DNA of 64,000 nucleotides from the human T2T-CHM13v2.0 reference genome, Homo sapiens, in NCBI RefSeq assembly GCF_009914755.1, contig NC_060927.1; one strand, 5' to 3'. Every line of letters starts with the position of its first letter. The first letter of the stretch is position 1. This document shows, piece after piece, positions 1 through 15,140 of this stretch. Below the pieces are notes generated by a model, which was not told where the DNA came from, did not search any database, and saw only the letters and a list, made by a program, of their open reading frames with translations. The translations under genes and the position numbers were made by a program.

Positions 1-2620
1 GAGATTAACCAAGAAAAGAAGAGAGATGATCCAGATAAGATCAGTTAGAAATGAAATGAGAGATATTGCAACAGATACCACAGAAATACACAAGATCATT
101 CAAGGGTACTATGAACACCTTTACATGCATAAACTAGAAAACCTAGAAGAGATGGATAAATTCATGGAAATATACAAGCCTCCTAGATTAAACTAGGAAA
201 AAATAGAAACTGTGAACAAACCAATAATAAGCAGTGAGATTGAAGTGGTAATTAAAAAATGGCCTACAAAAAAAAAAAAGTTCAGGACCAGAGCAATTCA
301 CAGCTAAATTCTATCAGACATTCAAAGAAGAATTGGTACAAATCCTATTGACACTATTCCAAAATACAGAGAAAGAGGGAATCCTCTCTAAATCATTTAT
401 GAAGACAGTATCACCCTAATACCAAAACTAGGAAACGACATAACAAATATCTACGTCATCTGTGACAAACCCATAGCCAATATAATACTGAATGGGGAAA
501 AGTTGAAAGCATTCCCTGTGAGAACTGGAACAAGTCAAGGATGCCCACTTTCACCCCTTCTATTCAACACAATACTGGAAGTTCTAGCCACAGCAAGCCG
601 ACAAGAGAAAGAAAGGACATCCGAATTAGTAAAGAGGAAGTCAAACTGTCACTGTTTGCCCATGTTATGATTGTATACCTAGAAAACCCTAAAGACTCAT
701 CCAAAGAGTGCCTAGAAATAAATGATAAATAAATTCAGCAAAGTTTTAGGACACAAAATTAATGTACACAAATTAGTAGTTCTGCTATACACTAACAGCA
801 ACCAAGCTGAGAATCAAATAAAGAACTGAATCCCGTTTACAATAGCTGCAAAAAAAAAAAAAAAAAAAAAAAAAGACACTTAGGAATATACCTAACCAAG
901 GAAGTGAAAGACCTCTGAAAGAAAACTACAAAACACACCTGAAAGAAATTATAGATGACACTAACAAATGGAAACACATCCCTTGCTCATGGATGGGTAG
1001 AATCAATATTGTGAAAATGACCATACTCCCCAAAGCAATCTACAAATTCAGTGCAATTCCCATCAAAATACCACTATCATTCTTCACAGGACTACAAAAA
1101 ACAATCTTAAAATTCATAGGGAACCAAAAAGAGCCTGCATAACCAAAGCAAGACTGAGCAACAAAAAGCAAATCTGGAGACATCACATTACTGGACTTCA
1201 AACTATACAATAATGCCATAGTTATCTAAACAGCACAGTATGGGTATAAAAATGGACACATATACCAGTGGAACAGAATAGAGAACCCAGAAATAAAGCC
1301 AAAACTTAACAGCTAAGTGATCTTCGACAAAGCAAACAAAAAAGTAAACTGGCAAAAGAACACTCTATTCAACAAATGGTGCTGGGATAACTGGCAAGCC
1401 ACATGTAGAAGAATAAAGCTGGATCCTCATCGCCCACCTTACACAAAAATCAACTCAAGATGGATCAAAGACTTAAATCGAAGATCTGAAACTGTAAAAA
1501 TCCTAGAAGATCACATAAGAGAAACCCTTCTAGACACTGGCTTGGGCAAATACTTCATAACCAAGAACCCAAAAGCAAATGCAACAAACACAAAGATAAA
1601 CAGATGGGACTTAATTAAACTGAAAAGCTTCTGCAGAGCAAAAGACACAATAAGCAGAGTAAACAGACAACCCACAGAATAGGAGAAAACCTTTGCAATA
1701 TATACATACGATTATGTACTAATATCCAGAATCTACAAGGAACACAAACAAATCAGCAAGAAAAAAAAACAATTTCATCAAAAAGTGGGCAAAGGCCATA
1801 AATACACAATTCTTAAAAGAAGATATACAAATGGCCAACAAACATACAAAAAATACTCAACATGACTAATTATTAGGGAACTGCAAATCAAAACTACAAT
1901 GCAATACCACCTTACTCCTGCAAAAGTAACTATAAAAAAAACAGGTGTTGGCATGGATGTAGTTAAAAGGGGACACTTTTACACTGTTGGTGGGAATGTA
2001 AACTAGTACAACCACTATGGAAAACAGTGTGGAGAATCCTTAAAAGACTAAAAGTAGATCTACCATTTGATCCAACAATCCCACTACTGGGTATCTACCC
2101 AGAGGAAAAGAAGTTATCATATGAAAAAGGTACTTGCACATGCATGTTTATAGCAGCACAATTTGCACTTGCAAAAATATGGAACCAGCCTAAATGCCCA
2201 TCAATTAATAACTGGATAAAGAAAATGTGGTGTATATATATCATGGACTACTACTCAGCCATAAAAAGAAACGAAATAATGGCAATTGCAGCAACCTGGA
2301 TGGAATTGGAGACATTATTTTAAGTGAAGTAACTCAGGAATAGAAAACCAAACATTATATGTTCTCACTTATAAGTGGGAACTAAGCTATGAGGATGCAA
2401 AGGCTTAAGAATGATACAATGGACTTCAGGGACTTGAGGGAAAGGGCAGGAGGTGGGTGAGGGATAAAAGACTACACATTGGGTTCAGTGTACACTGCTT
2501 GGGTGATGCGTGCACCAAAATCTCAGAAATCACCACTAAAAAACTTATCCATGTAACCAAGCACCACCTGTTCCTCAAAAACCAATTGAAATAAAAATGT
2601 GTTGTTTTTTTAAAAAAAGA
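1..2620 (+). mobile_element. LINE-1 (L1PB-like) ORF2 remnant plus 3' UTR, begins upstream of the window; inactive
   Basis: ORF fragments match L1 ORF2p ([30 protein letters not shown]). The 3' UTR ctaagctatgaggatgcaaagg...gggataaaagactacacattggg is L1PB-type. AATAAA near 2590. Many stops and frameshifts. Confidence 0.93.
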
Positions 2621-2875
2621 AATTGGCATTTTCAGACAGTATAAATTGTTGACACTTTTTTGGACAATTTAACAATTGTCTGGGCATTTTTTTCTGGGTA
2701 CTTCAACAATATCTAACACAATTTTAAATTTATATCATTTGACTCAAAAAGTTCACTGCTAGAAATATATCCTCATATTTACGAATATAACTATATAAAG
2801 ATATTTAGTACAATATTTCCAGTTTTCTGTTAATTCAGAAACTTAATGGGTCTGAAATATTTAAATACATTAGAG

Positions 2876-3429
2876 CAGGAGTCCCCAGCTTTCAATGGTA
2901 CCCTTCCATGGCCCGTTAGGAAACGGGTTGCACAGCAGGAGGCGAGTGGCATGCGCAGGAACAAAGCTTCATTGGTATTTACAGCTGTTCCCCATCCTTT
3001 GCCTTACACCTAAGCTCTGCCTCCTGTCAGATCAGAGGTAGCATTAGATTCTCATAGGAGAGCAAACCCTGTTATGAACTGCGCATGAGAGAGATGTAGG
3101 TTGCGCGCTCCTAATGAGAATCTAATGCTTGATGATCTGTCGCTGTCTCCCATTACCCCCAGATGGGACTGTATAGTTGCAGGAAAACAAGCTCAGGGTT
3201 TCCACTGATTCTACATTATGGTGAGTTTTATAATTATTTCATTATCTATTCCAATGTAATAATAATAGAAATAAAGTGCTCAAAAATGTAATACACTTGA
3301 ATCATCCCAAAACCATTCCCCACCAGACCCTCGTCCTCCTACTCCACACCCCCCCACCCCCGCCACATCCAAGGAAAAATTGTCTTCCACAAAACCGGTC
3401 TCTGGTACCAAAAAGGTTGGGGACTGCTG
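2876..3429 (+). mobile_element. MER1A hAT-Charlie non-autonomous DNA transposon, inserted in an old L1M 3' fragment
   Basis: Termini caggagtcccca...ttggggactgctg. Internal MER1 motifs (gcattagattctcatagg, gagaatctaatgc, ggaaaaattgtcttccac). Degenerate 8-bp TSD cattagag/tattatag. Confidence 0.88.
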
Positions 3430-4235
3430 TATTATAGTATACCCATGCTATTGGATTTCTCTGCCACCATCACAAAGGATAGGTTAGATCTTATATACTC
3501 TTATGGAAAGTGCTCTAAGACATGAAAGCAAAGTGTAACTACATGAATGCTATTTTTAAACAGGATATAAATAGCTGTATAGCAGTATACACATATAGAA
3601 GCATATAAACACACATATATGTATTGTGTGTATGCACACATGCTGATATTTGCATACAATTTTTATAGAAAGACATAAAAGTGCTAAGAGTCCTATTTTC
3701 CATGAATTATGGATGGGGGTTAGATAAGTTTTTTTTTTCACTTTAATACCTATATAAAACTCTAATTTTTACTATGTTATTATTTTAATAAATTTGAATT
3801 GTAATGTTAAAGAAGAAATGCAGAATTAATCCTTCCCAATATATTAATGCAAGTCAAGCATTTCTCTAGGTGCTGAGGATGCACCAATGAACAAAACAAT
3901 TATGGTACCTGTTTCAGCAGAACTTCTATTCTATTTGAACACATTGAAAAAAGTTATAGTCAAAAATGGCTTATCATTATGGCTAAGCAAATAGATAAAG
4001 TACATAAAAAGCTTGTTTTCTTAATGTAAATATTCCCTTTATAAATATATTTTCTTATACTATTGATTCTTATATAGGCGTATTTTCATCAGAAGTATCA
4101 ATTACATTCTATATGTCTATTTTCTAAGTTCTAAACTTCGAGGAGCCTAAGTATGTACAGTTATACTATATAGATTTATTAGATAGGTAACTATAGCAGC
4201 TCCCACAACAACCTGTTTACCAAGTGTCCCTATCT

Positions 4236-5270
4236 CTTTTTAAAAATGTATTTATGTTTTCCCTTTTTAGTTGACACATAATAATTATACGTATTTGTGG
4301 GCTACAGAATACTATTTTCATACATGTATACCATATGTAATGATCAAATCAGGGTAATTAGCATATCCATCACCTCAAATATTTACCATTTTTTGTACTG
4401 TCAACATTCAAAATCTTCTATCTTTTTGAATATATACAAGGAATTATACTTTAACCATATTCACTCTAGAGTGCTGTAAAACACCAGAACTCATTTCTTA
4501 TATCTAGGTGTAATTTCGTAACTGTTAACCAACTTCTCTCCACTCTCCTCTCCCTCCTACCATTCCCAGCTTCTAATACTCACAATTTTACCCTCTTTTT
4601 TCAATGAAAACAATCAACAAAGTGAAGAGACAACCTGTAGAATGGGAGAAAACATTTGCAAACTCTTCATCTGACAGGGGACTAATATCCAGAAAATACA
4701 AAGGACTCAAACAACAAAACAGTGAAAATACAAATAATGCAATTAAAAAGTGGGCAAAGGAACTGAACAGATATTTCTCAAAAGACAACATCCAAATGGC
4801 TGGCAAATATATGAAAAAATGTTCAACATCACTAATCACCAGGGAAATGCAAATCAAAACTACAAGATCGTAACTCACCCAAGTTAGAATGGCTATCATC
4901 AAAAAACCAAAAAATTACAAATGCTGGTGAGTATGAGAAGAAAAGGGAACTCTTATATGCTGTTGGTGGGAATGTAAATTAATGCAACCATTATGGAGAA
5001 AAGTATGAAGTTTCCTCAAAACATTAAAAACAGAGCTACCATAAAATCCAGGAATCCCACTACTGGGTATTTCTCTAGAGTAAAGAGAATCAGAATGTCA
5101 AAGGAATACCTGTACCACCACCATGTTTATTGCAGCACTAGTCAAAATAGCTAATATACGGAATCAACCTAAATCTCCATCAACAGATGAACAGACAAGG
5201 AAAAAGCTGTATACTTTGTTATGACATTCGTTATTAGGTCATAACAATGAATGAAATCCTGTCTCTATCT
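4236..5270 (-). mobile_element. L1MA-type element with 5' inversion (3' UTR on minus 4236-4600; inverted ORF2 end on plus 4601-5265)
   Basis: Minus-strand L1MA 3' end (aatgatcaaatcagggtaattagcatatccatcacctc) abuts plus-strand ORF2 C-terminus ([13 protein letters not shown]...REMQIKTT). Candidate TSD tgtccctatct 4225-4235 / tgtctctatct 5260-5270. Confidence 0.85.
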
Positions 5271-7629
5271 TAATCATGGCAGTGAGCTTGGCTTTCATTT
5301 CTAGCCAAAGGTAATCAAGAGATGAATAGAAAATTACTGCCCATTACAATAGATTGGTTAGTCACATCCTTAAGGTTTCATTTTCAGCTGGCCTCAATCT
5401 GGTTATCCAAATTATACCAGTTGCTTTCTCTGTAAGTATTTATAAAATGTCCTGCAAATAAAATAATTATGTAGCTAAATTTTCATTTCTTAGGATCAGC
5501 ATTACAAGAATCTACTGAACAGACCATATTGTTCAAATTGATAGTTTTATAATAAGGATTCCAAAGTTCAGGGAGTTGGAGTGCTTTGTCCAAAGCCACT
5601 CAATTAGACTTAGGTAGAGTCAGGTATCCTGATTCCCAGTCCAGGAGGCTTTCTCCTACCCTATGCTACCATGTACCATGGGTCTAGAATCAGGTAGTGT
5701 TACTATTTATCACTGATCCAATTTCCCTTTCTTTACAATCTTCTTATGGTCATTTTCCACCTATCAAACCCTTCTGTGAATGTGGAGTTCTTTTCTAATA
5801 TTTTAATTAGTCTATAAAAAACATAATTATTATCTCATTTTCTCTATTTTTGTGCAAGATCCAAATAGATATTTACAGGTGCAGACCAAAACGCTCAGTT
5901 GGGAAGAAGAGCAAATAAGGTTTTTTTTCAAAATACCTTCACACATTTGGGCAGATTTTTGATGTTTCTTGGAATCCACTATGTACACTAAGTAGCTCCA
6001 TGATCTGAAAATTGTGGACAAATAACTTTATTACAGAAAAATGACAAGTTAAGAGAAGGAAAAAATTCCCCAAAGCTGAAATTCTCCTCTTGTTATTGTT
6101 TAATAACTAATTAGCAAAGCCAGTTATTTCTCAACTTAATGCTTTAACTATGTAGGACACTACTTAACAATAAGAAAAATGAAAGATAAATTTTTAAAAA
6201 GAAATTCTACAATTGGCATTATTACCTGACCTTTGTTTCTCATCTGTTACACTGTTTCGAATGTAAACACAGAGGAGCAATTTCAAAGAAATTACCTTAC
6301 AAGATGATGTTTAATTATTTTCAGGGTCAAATAGTAGATAGTAAATGGTTGTTCCTAAAAATGTGGACGGGTTAAAAATGTTATTCCTCCATCAATGCAT
6401 ACCTTTAATTTATGTGTCCAATTCTATATCATTCTGTAGGATCATGACAGCCTAAATGTCTTGGGAGGGAAGAAAAAAAGGAAAAGAAAAATGAAAACCC
6501 AATGGAACTATGCCTGAGTTGTTAAATTAAATGATCATTGTTATTAAAGGAACCTAAGTTGTTTGCTGAGCACTTAAGCAGCTTGGTAGACAGAGTCTTA
6601 CTCAACTCTGTCGAGATGGAAAGTTAAATATAGCAAATTACTCCCTGTAAGGACATCACGTTGAAGATAATAGATATTGTTAGCATCCACAGTTACCCAT
6701 CTTGTTTCCTTTTCTATCATTCAGGAAAACCAGCACTAGATCAGATAATTAGAGATTTAGAAAAGAAACACTACCTTCAAGACTTTACAATATTTTTTCC
6801 CCTTAAAGTCCAAAGGGAAGGAGATGAATGAGCCCAGGTGCATAACTCAAATCTCATCACCACCTGCATTTGGTCTCTCTCTCTCTGACAAACATACTCT
6901 TTTTTCTGTGTATCCCTATTATCTTTAATGACCAGCAGAAAGCAAATAAGAGCAATGAGGATTGGGGCTAAAAGTTATCAGGTGTGCAGGTTCATTAGCA
7001 AGAACTAATGAGTGATTGTACCGCACAATTCAAATGATTGTAAATAACCAACATGTGATTATAAAGCATTAGAAAAATACTGAGTTTTCTGCATGCAAAT
7101 GCTAATATAACTGAGCTTCTCATGTATGTGAAAGACCATTTTAATGCTAAATCCCATTCATACATGCCTTTTCCTCAGAGACAGGCACAGCAGAGCTTTT
7201 GGATAATGAATGACTCAAACCCTAGTTTCTTCCCTCTCATTGGCCCAAGGAAGCAGCAGGAGTGAAAAAAGAATGAAGTAACATTTTTTTGCTCCACGTA
7301 TTTTGAGCTAACATCATGGGATACAGCCTATGGGAGAAAACAATCTCTTCCCAGAACATTAAATCAAAGAATTGAGGCAAGTCTGGGGTTGATTCCCCAT
7401 TAGCCATGACATTATTCCTTATTCAGGTATTGGATTGTTTGTGTTTTACTTCTAGAAACAGAGGTTGGTTTGATTTCTTTGTTCTCTGGCCATCTCTACT
7501 AGGGTGGTAAGGAGAAGCGGAAAAAACTCAATTCAGTGCACATGACACCCTGCTGTAAAAACTTTTTAAAGGTAAAACTATCATTTACAGATGTTTGTTA
7601 AAATATAGATTCCTGGTCCCACACCTAGT

Positions 7630-8177
7630 GAATGGTTACTACGGCTGCATAATAAATGATCTCAAAACGTAGTGACTTAAAACCCATTCAAAAGTTTTTG
7701 CTTACCATTTCGTGGGTCAGAAATTCAGGAAGCGCTCAGAAGGGATACTCTAGAGTTTCTCACATGGCTGGAATCAGATGTTGGCAGAGACTAGACCCAC
7801 AAATTGGACTAGATCAACTGGACTGTATATTCAAGATAGTGTGCCCACATAGCCAGGGGTTGATGCTTACTGTTGACTGGGAGCCTTAGCTTAAACTGTT
7901 GACCACAGCATCTATATGGGCCTCTCCAGCATAGTGAGATTAAAGTAGTCAAACTTCTTAGATGGCAGTTAGCTTCTCCTGGAGTAAGTGTCCCAACAGG
8001 ACCAGGTGGGAGGAGCATAGCCTTTTCTGGCCTATCCACAGAGCTCACATAGTGCCACCTCTTTCAAAATCTGTTCGTTTAAGTACTCACAAACCTTCCC
8101 AGATTCAAAGGGAGAAGATATAGAACCTACCATTCAATGGAAAGATTATCAAATAATTCTTGACTTTGAAGTAAACA
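7630..8177 (-). mobile_element. MaLR LTR (MLT1H-like)
   Basis: ggctgcataataaa...tagtgacttaaa...gggtcagaaattcagg...agattcaaagggag are typical of the MLT1G/H reverse strand. Confidence 0.7.
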
Positions 8178-9050
8178 GTCTTCCCTCTGGATACAAATTC
8201 TTTATATTCCTTCCACTTGCAAAATACACTCTTATCTTCATCCTACATCCCCAAAGTCTCCTCTTATTGTGACATCAACTTAAAGTCCAGGACCTTGTCA
8301 TCTAAACTAGGTCTAGTGTGGATGAGAGTCCTTATGTATTATTCCTTGAGTGTGAGTCCTCTTAATTTGAAGACCTATGAGCTAAAGAAATAAATTATTT
8401 GCTCTCTGCCCCACATATGAGTGTGGATGGGCATAGGATAACCTCTAAACGTATTTCTATTTAAAAAAGAGGAAAACAGGAGGTAGAAGCAATTTCTGGC
8501 CCATAGCACATTTGAATCCAACCAGATACATGCTTCAGCTTCTTAACTAAGTTTCCGTTATTTTCCAGGAATCTTAACTTTCCTTCTGGATTCTTGGTTC
8601 ACCTTCTCAGTCATCTTTCCCTTTCCAGGAGAAATTGCCTGTGTTTGCAACCGAGTATCATTCTTACTCTACTTTCTGCCTCTATTAATCTACCTTTGTC
8701 CTTTTCAAAACAAGTTGATATAATTTCTTTAAAAACATAATGGCTTTCCTGCATATAAATTTACAAACCCATCTATTAAAAGCCAACCTCACAAATATCT
8801 TTGAAATAATTATCTTTCTCTACCCCAGACCCCTGTGGGACCAGCATGAAATAATAAAATAAATATTCATAGGAGCCTGATTGTGATTATTTAGCAGAAA
8901 GCATCTATGAGGTTTTTTTCTTAAGACCCTTATAAGGCTTTGTTTAAGAGTGTTTGAGGTCCCACCTTACATTTTTCTGTCTTCTTAAAAAATCATTTTA
9001 GAATCACACTCTTATCTTCATTTTTACTGAGATATTTTCCTGAAAGTTCC
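8178..9050 (-). mobile_element. MLT1 internal sequence adjoining the LTR
   Basis: Polypurine tract (agagggaagact on minus) next to the LTR; caaaatacact...ccccaaagtctc...aaagtccagg motifs of MaLR-int. Confidence 0.55.
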
Positions 9051-9279
9051 TTAGCTTTGATATTTGCTCTATGACTCTTTCTTACTTCTCCTCTGGAAAA
9101 ATATAAAATCACAAAAATGCCTCAAATTGCCTTTACCACTATTCAATATTTATTCAAAATAAGTAGTCATACCAGGGGAAAATACCTGTTTACAAACATA
9201 AAGAACAAAATCAGAAATGTTGAGATTAAAAACTGAACAGGAATCAAGTAAAAATTTACAGTTAAAAATTACAGAAACT

Positions 9280-9588
<309 letters not shown>

Positions 9589-11209
9589 TCAAAGCATAAG
9601 TTTAACAAGAGATTAGATATAAGAAGATAATGGTTAGTGAACTAGAAGATAGGTAAGATAAAAATGCCTAGACTGAAACACAGAGAATAAAGATAGAGAA
9701 TACAGGAAAGAACATAAGAGGTATACAGAAGACAATGAAAACATCTAACATGTGTTTTTAGGATTATAATAGGAAAGGAGAGAGAATGAGGCAGAAATAA
9801 TATGTGAAAAGGTAATGACTGAGAATTTCCCCAAATAGACAAAATACATTAAGAAATGCTAGAAACTGCATAGATTCAAGAATGGCCAGGAACCCAAAAC
9901 AAGATAAATACATAAGCATATCATAGTAAAGCTGCTTAAAACCAAAGAGAAAAAAATCTTGAAGGAAGCTAGGAAAAAAGCTAAGTATAATCTTCAAAGA
10001 AGGAACAGTAACAATAGTATTTGACTTCTCAACAGAAACAATAGAAGCTGAAAGGCAGTGGAATGACATTTTTAAAATGCTTAAAGAAAAATTCTATCAA
10101 CATAGAAAACCATACCCAAAAAATGAAAGTGAAAAAAAACACTCTTAGGCAAATAACACTTCCAGGCATTTGTCACTACCAGGCCTGCACTAGAGGAATT
10201 GCTAAGGGGAATTCTTCCAGGAGAAGGAAACTTTCTCAGAAGGAAGCACAAAGCTCTTCCTTTCTTAGAAGGAAATGAAGAGCAACAGGAAGGACATATA
10301 TGCGGATCAATCTAAGAAATGTTGCCTGTATAATAAAACCCTAAGTACAATGTCTTATGGGGTCTAGAATATATGTAGAATTGACTATATTTAAAACAAT
10401 AGTACAAAAGGTGAGGAGGAAGTGTATTTTGCCACAGTGAAAAACAAAAAGGTTTAGAGAGGGTAAGACACTCTTGTGTAATGTGATAAATGGTAAAACT
10501 ATTAATTTTATGAGTGTTGTGATATTTAGAGTGACCACAAAAAGAAGAATAAAACTATTTATGACTAAACAGCCAGAGGGAGAAACGAAGTAAAAGTTAA
10601 TATAAAAAAATACTTTATATAAAAGGCCAGAAAGGAAAGAAAATGTAGCACAATTGGTGTGACAAATGGAAAACAAAGAGACTACACTTAAATACTTCAG
10701 TAGTGACATTAAAGGTAAATAGAATAAATGCTCTAAATTAGAGACAAGAGGGCCTGACTGGATTTCAAAAATTCAACCCTATGGTGGGTACAAGAGCATG
10801 CCTGAAATACAAAGATACAAAAAGGTTGAAAATAAAATATGGCAATAAAATAACACGTAATTTAGAAAAAGCTATACTAAAAAATAAGTGCTATAGCAAT
10901 ACTAATTACAAAGCAGACTTTACAAGAAGCAGCATTACTGGGGACAAAGAGAAGCATTTATAATGATAAGAATGTCTATCCACTAGGAAACTCTAAGAAT
11001 TACAGATCTGTAGGCGCCTAACAAAACATCCTCAAAATGATGAGCCAAAATTGATGGAACAAAGAAGAAGAAGAAAAAGCACAACCATGGTGGGAGAATT
11101 TAACATACTTTCATTGGTACCTAATAAGACAAACAATCCCCAGATAAGTAAGGTATAAAATACTTAAGTAACACAACAAACTGATCTAAATGTTATACAG
11201 ATTATTGCT

Positions 11210-11490
11210 TTTTTTTAAGATGAAGTCTCGCTCTGTCACCCAGGCTGGAGTGCAGTGGCATGATCTTGGCTCTCTACAACATCTGCCTCAAGCAATTCTT
11301 GTGCCTCAGCCTCCTGAGTAGCTAGAATTACAGGTATGCACCACCAAGCCCAGCTAATTTTTGTATTCTTAGTAGAGATGGGGTTTTGCCATGTTGGCCA
11401 GGCTGGTCTTAAACTCCTGACTTCAGGTGATCTGCCTGCCTCGGCCTCCCAAAGTACTGGGATAACAGGCATCAGCCATGACTCCCGGCC
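11210..11490 (-). mobile_element. AluS (Sx/Sz-like)
   Basis: Reverse Alu dimer; TSD agattattgct at 11199-11209 and 11491-11501. Confidence 0.95.
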
Positions 11491-12044
11491 AGATTATTGC
11501 TAAAATAAAACAAAACAAAACAAAGAACAAACAGCAGAATATGCATTATTTTAGTGTTAAACATATGCCAAAATTGACAATATTGTTGGGCATAAGGCAA
11601 ATATCAATGCATTTCAAAGAACTCAAACTGTAGAGTGTATTTCCTCTGACCAGAGTAGAATTAAATTAGGAATCAGTAATATAGATACTGAGGAACTCCC
11701 TAAAGGTTTGGTAGTTAAGCCTTCTACTTGTAAGCCAAAGTGTAAAACAAGAAGTCACAGTACTAATTAGAGAATATTTTGAACTGGGTGATAATAAAAA
11801 ACCAAATATTAAAAAAACTGTAAGATACAAGTCATGTACAGTAGAGTGATAAAATAAGCCTTATTTATGTTAGAAAAGAAAAATGAAAATTATCAATAAA
11901 GAACTTCTGTCCATAAAAGAACTCCAATAAGTATGTAAGAAAAAGACAGATAACCTAATTTAAAAAGACAAAATATATAGAAAGTTACTTTACAGAAAAG
12001 TATATGCAAATAACCAATAAATAAGTTTAAAAGTACTCAATTTT

Positions 12045-12874
12045 AAAAAAACTTGTATTTTAGGTTCAGAAGTTCATGTGCATTTGTTATACAGGTAAAC
12101 TCGTGTAATGAGGGTTAAGTGTACAGATTATTTTGTTACCCGGGTACTAATCCCAGTACCCAATAGTTATTTCTTCTGACCCTCTCCCTCCTCCCACCTA
12201 CCACCCTCCAATAGGCCCTAATGTGTGTTGTTCCCCTCCATGTGTCCATGCATTTCCATCATTTAGCTCCCACATAGAAGTGGGAATATGTGGTATTTGG
12301 TTTTCTTTTCCTGCATTAGTTTGCTAAAGATAATGGCCTCCAGCATCATCCATGTACCCACAAAAATATGATCTCATTCTTTATTATGGCTGCATAGTAT
12401 TCCATGGTATTTATGTACCACATTTTCTTTATCCAGTCTGTCATTGATGGACATCTAGGTTGATTTCATGTCTTTGCTACTGTGAATAGTGCTGCAATGA
12501 ACATTTGCATGCATGTGTCTTTATGACAGAGTGATTTATATTCTTTTGGGTATATACCCCATGATGGGATAGCTGGGTCAAATGGCAGTTGTGTTTTTAG
12601 CTCTTTGAGGAATTGCCACACTACTTTCTACAATGGTTGAACTAATTTACACTCCCAGCAACAGTGTATAAGCAGTCTCTTTTCTCCACAAACTTGCCAG
12701 TATATTACTTTTTGACTTTTTAATAACAGCCATTCTGACTGGTGTGAGATGGTCGGTCTCTCATTGTGGTTTTGATTTGCATTTCTCTAATGAAACAACC
12801 CCAGTAAAAACTGGGCAAAGGGCATGAACAGACACTTTTCAGAAGATGACATACACGTGGCCAGCAAGTATATT
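12045..12874 (-). mobile_element. Older L1PA (PA13-16-like) 3' end with short 5' inversion (12794-12872 on plus)
   Basis: Minus-strand L1PA 3' UTR and ORF2 end at 12045-12793, then plus-strand aacaaccccagtaaaaactgggcaaagggcatgaacagacac. TSD tttaaaagtactcaatttt / ttttaaagttctcaatttt. Confidence 0.9.
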
Positions 12875-13659
12875 TTTTAAAGTTCTCAATTTTATTAGTC
12901 ATTGAGAAATGCAAACAAAACCACAATGACTTATCAGTATAAATGCACCAGAATGACATTTGAAAACAAAACAAGTGACCAAAACACCTCTTAACTATAT
13001 AAAATGTTGTTGAGAATATGGAGCAATTGTGTATTTTGGATGGGAGTAAAAATTGGTACAATGACCTTGGAAAACCAATTGCAGTATTCATTAAAAGATG
13101 AACATGTGCCTAACCTATAACCTACGTATCTCACTCTTAAGTACATAATCAAATAAATGTGTGAACATGTGTACCAAAGGAGATGTATTAGAGTGTTTAA
13201 TCCAGCATTATTTATAATAGCCCCAAGCAGGAAACAGCATAAATGTTCATCAACAGTAGAATGGATTTTTAAAATTATGGCAAATTTGCACAATGGGATT
13301 TTGAACACTAATAAAAATGAACTACTGCCAAAGAAAACAATGTGGCCAACTCTCACAAATATGTTGAGTGGCAGAAAGACACAAAACAGTATCTACTGAG
13401 TGATTCTATTTACATTAATTTCAAAACCAGACAAAACTAATCTATGCTGTTAGAAATCAAGATAGGAATTACCACTGGGGAGGGACCACAAGGGAGATTT
13501 CTGGGATGTACGTAATGTTCTGCTTCATGCCGGCAGGATCACACAAAAGTGTTTACTTTGTGACCATTCATCAAGTTGTACATTTATGATTTGTGTGTGC
13601 ATTTTCCTGTATATTTGACACATCAATATAAAAGTTTATAATAAAAACAAACCAAAGTA

Positions 13660-14130
<471 letters not shown>

Positions 14131-14780
14131 TTACAGTTGATAGACTCAGGTAACTGCAATTTGATCCATGCTCCTGGGGGACTTACTCAACTAGACCTTG
14201 GTAATTAAAATTTAGGCATATTGAAATCACAAAAAGTAATGACTACCTCTAATTTGAAACTTTATCTTCTGCTTTCTTTGTGTGTTAAGACACACCAGAT
14301 TTTATTACAATTACTTATCCACATTCCAGTCTCAGTTGTTACATTATATCCACATGCCTTGCATAGTATCTGACATATATCAAATGCTCAATAACCATTT
14401 GTTGAATAAATGATCCAAGACCTGGATATCTACTATAATCCCCAAAAAGAGAATAAACCCCAAAGGACTTGAGAAGTGACTTCTAGAAGCCTTAGAATAT
14501 ATATTTTCAATTAATTTCACACATCCTAAAATAGTAATAAAAATTCAGTAATATAAATTCAAATAGAAATACTTAATATTTCCTAACAGACAAGTCAGAC
14601 ATTTTGCTAGGTGACCGGGAATCAGGTATCAAAGAGACGTAGTCTCCCTCAGGAAGCTTACAGCATGGTGGGAAAATATCTTTGTTACCTTAGGCTACAG
14701 AATGAAGGTGGTGACATTTTCTTTTATTCATTATTAACATTCATGTCACCCATGTTGTGCCCTCTTAAGAAAATAAGTCA

Positions 14781-15140
<360 letters not shown>

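Noticed and set aside
541-2323. ORFs of 63-121 aa as host genes
   Set aside because: Broken pieces of L1 ORF2p
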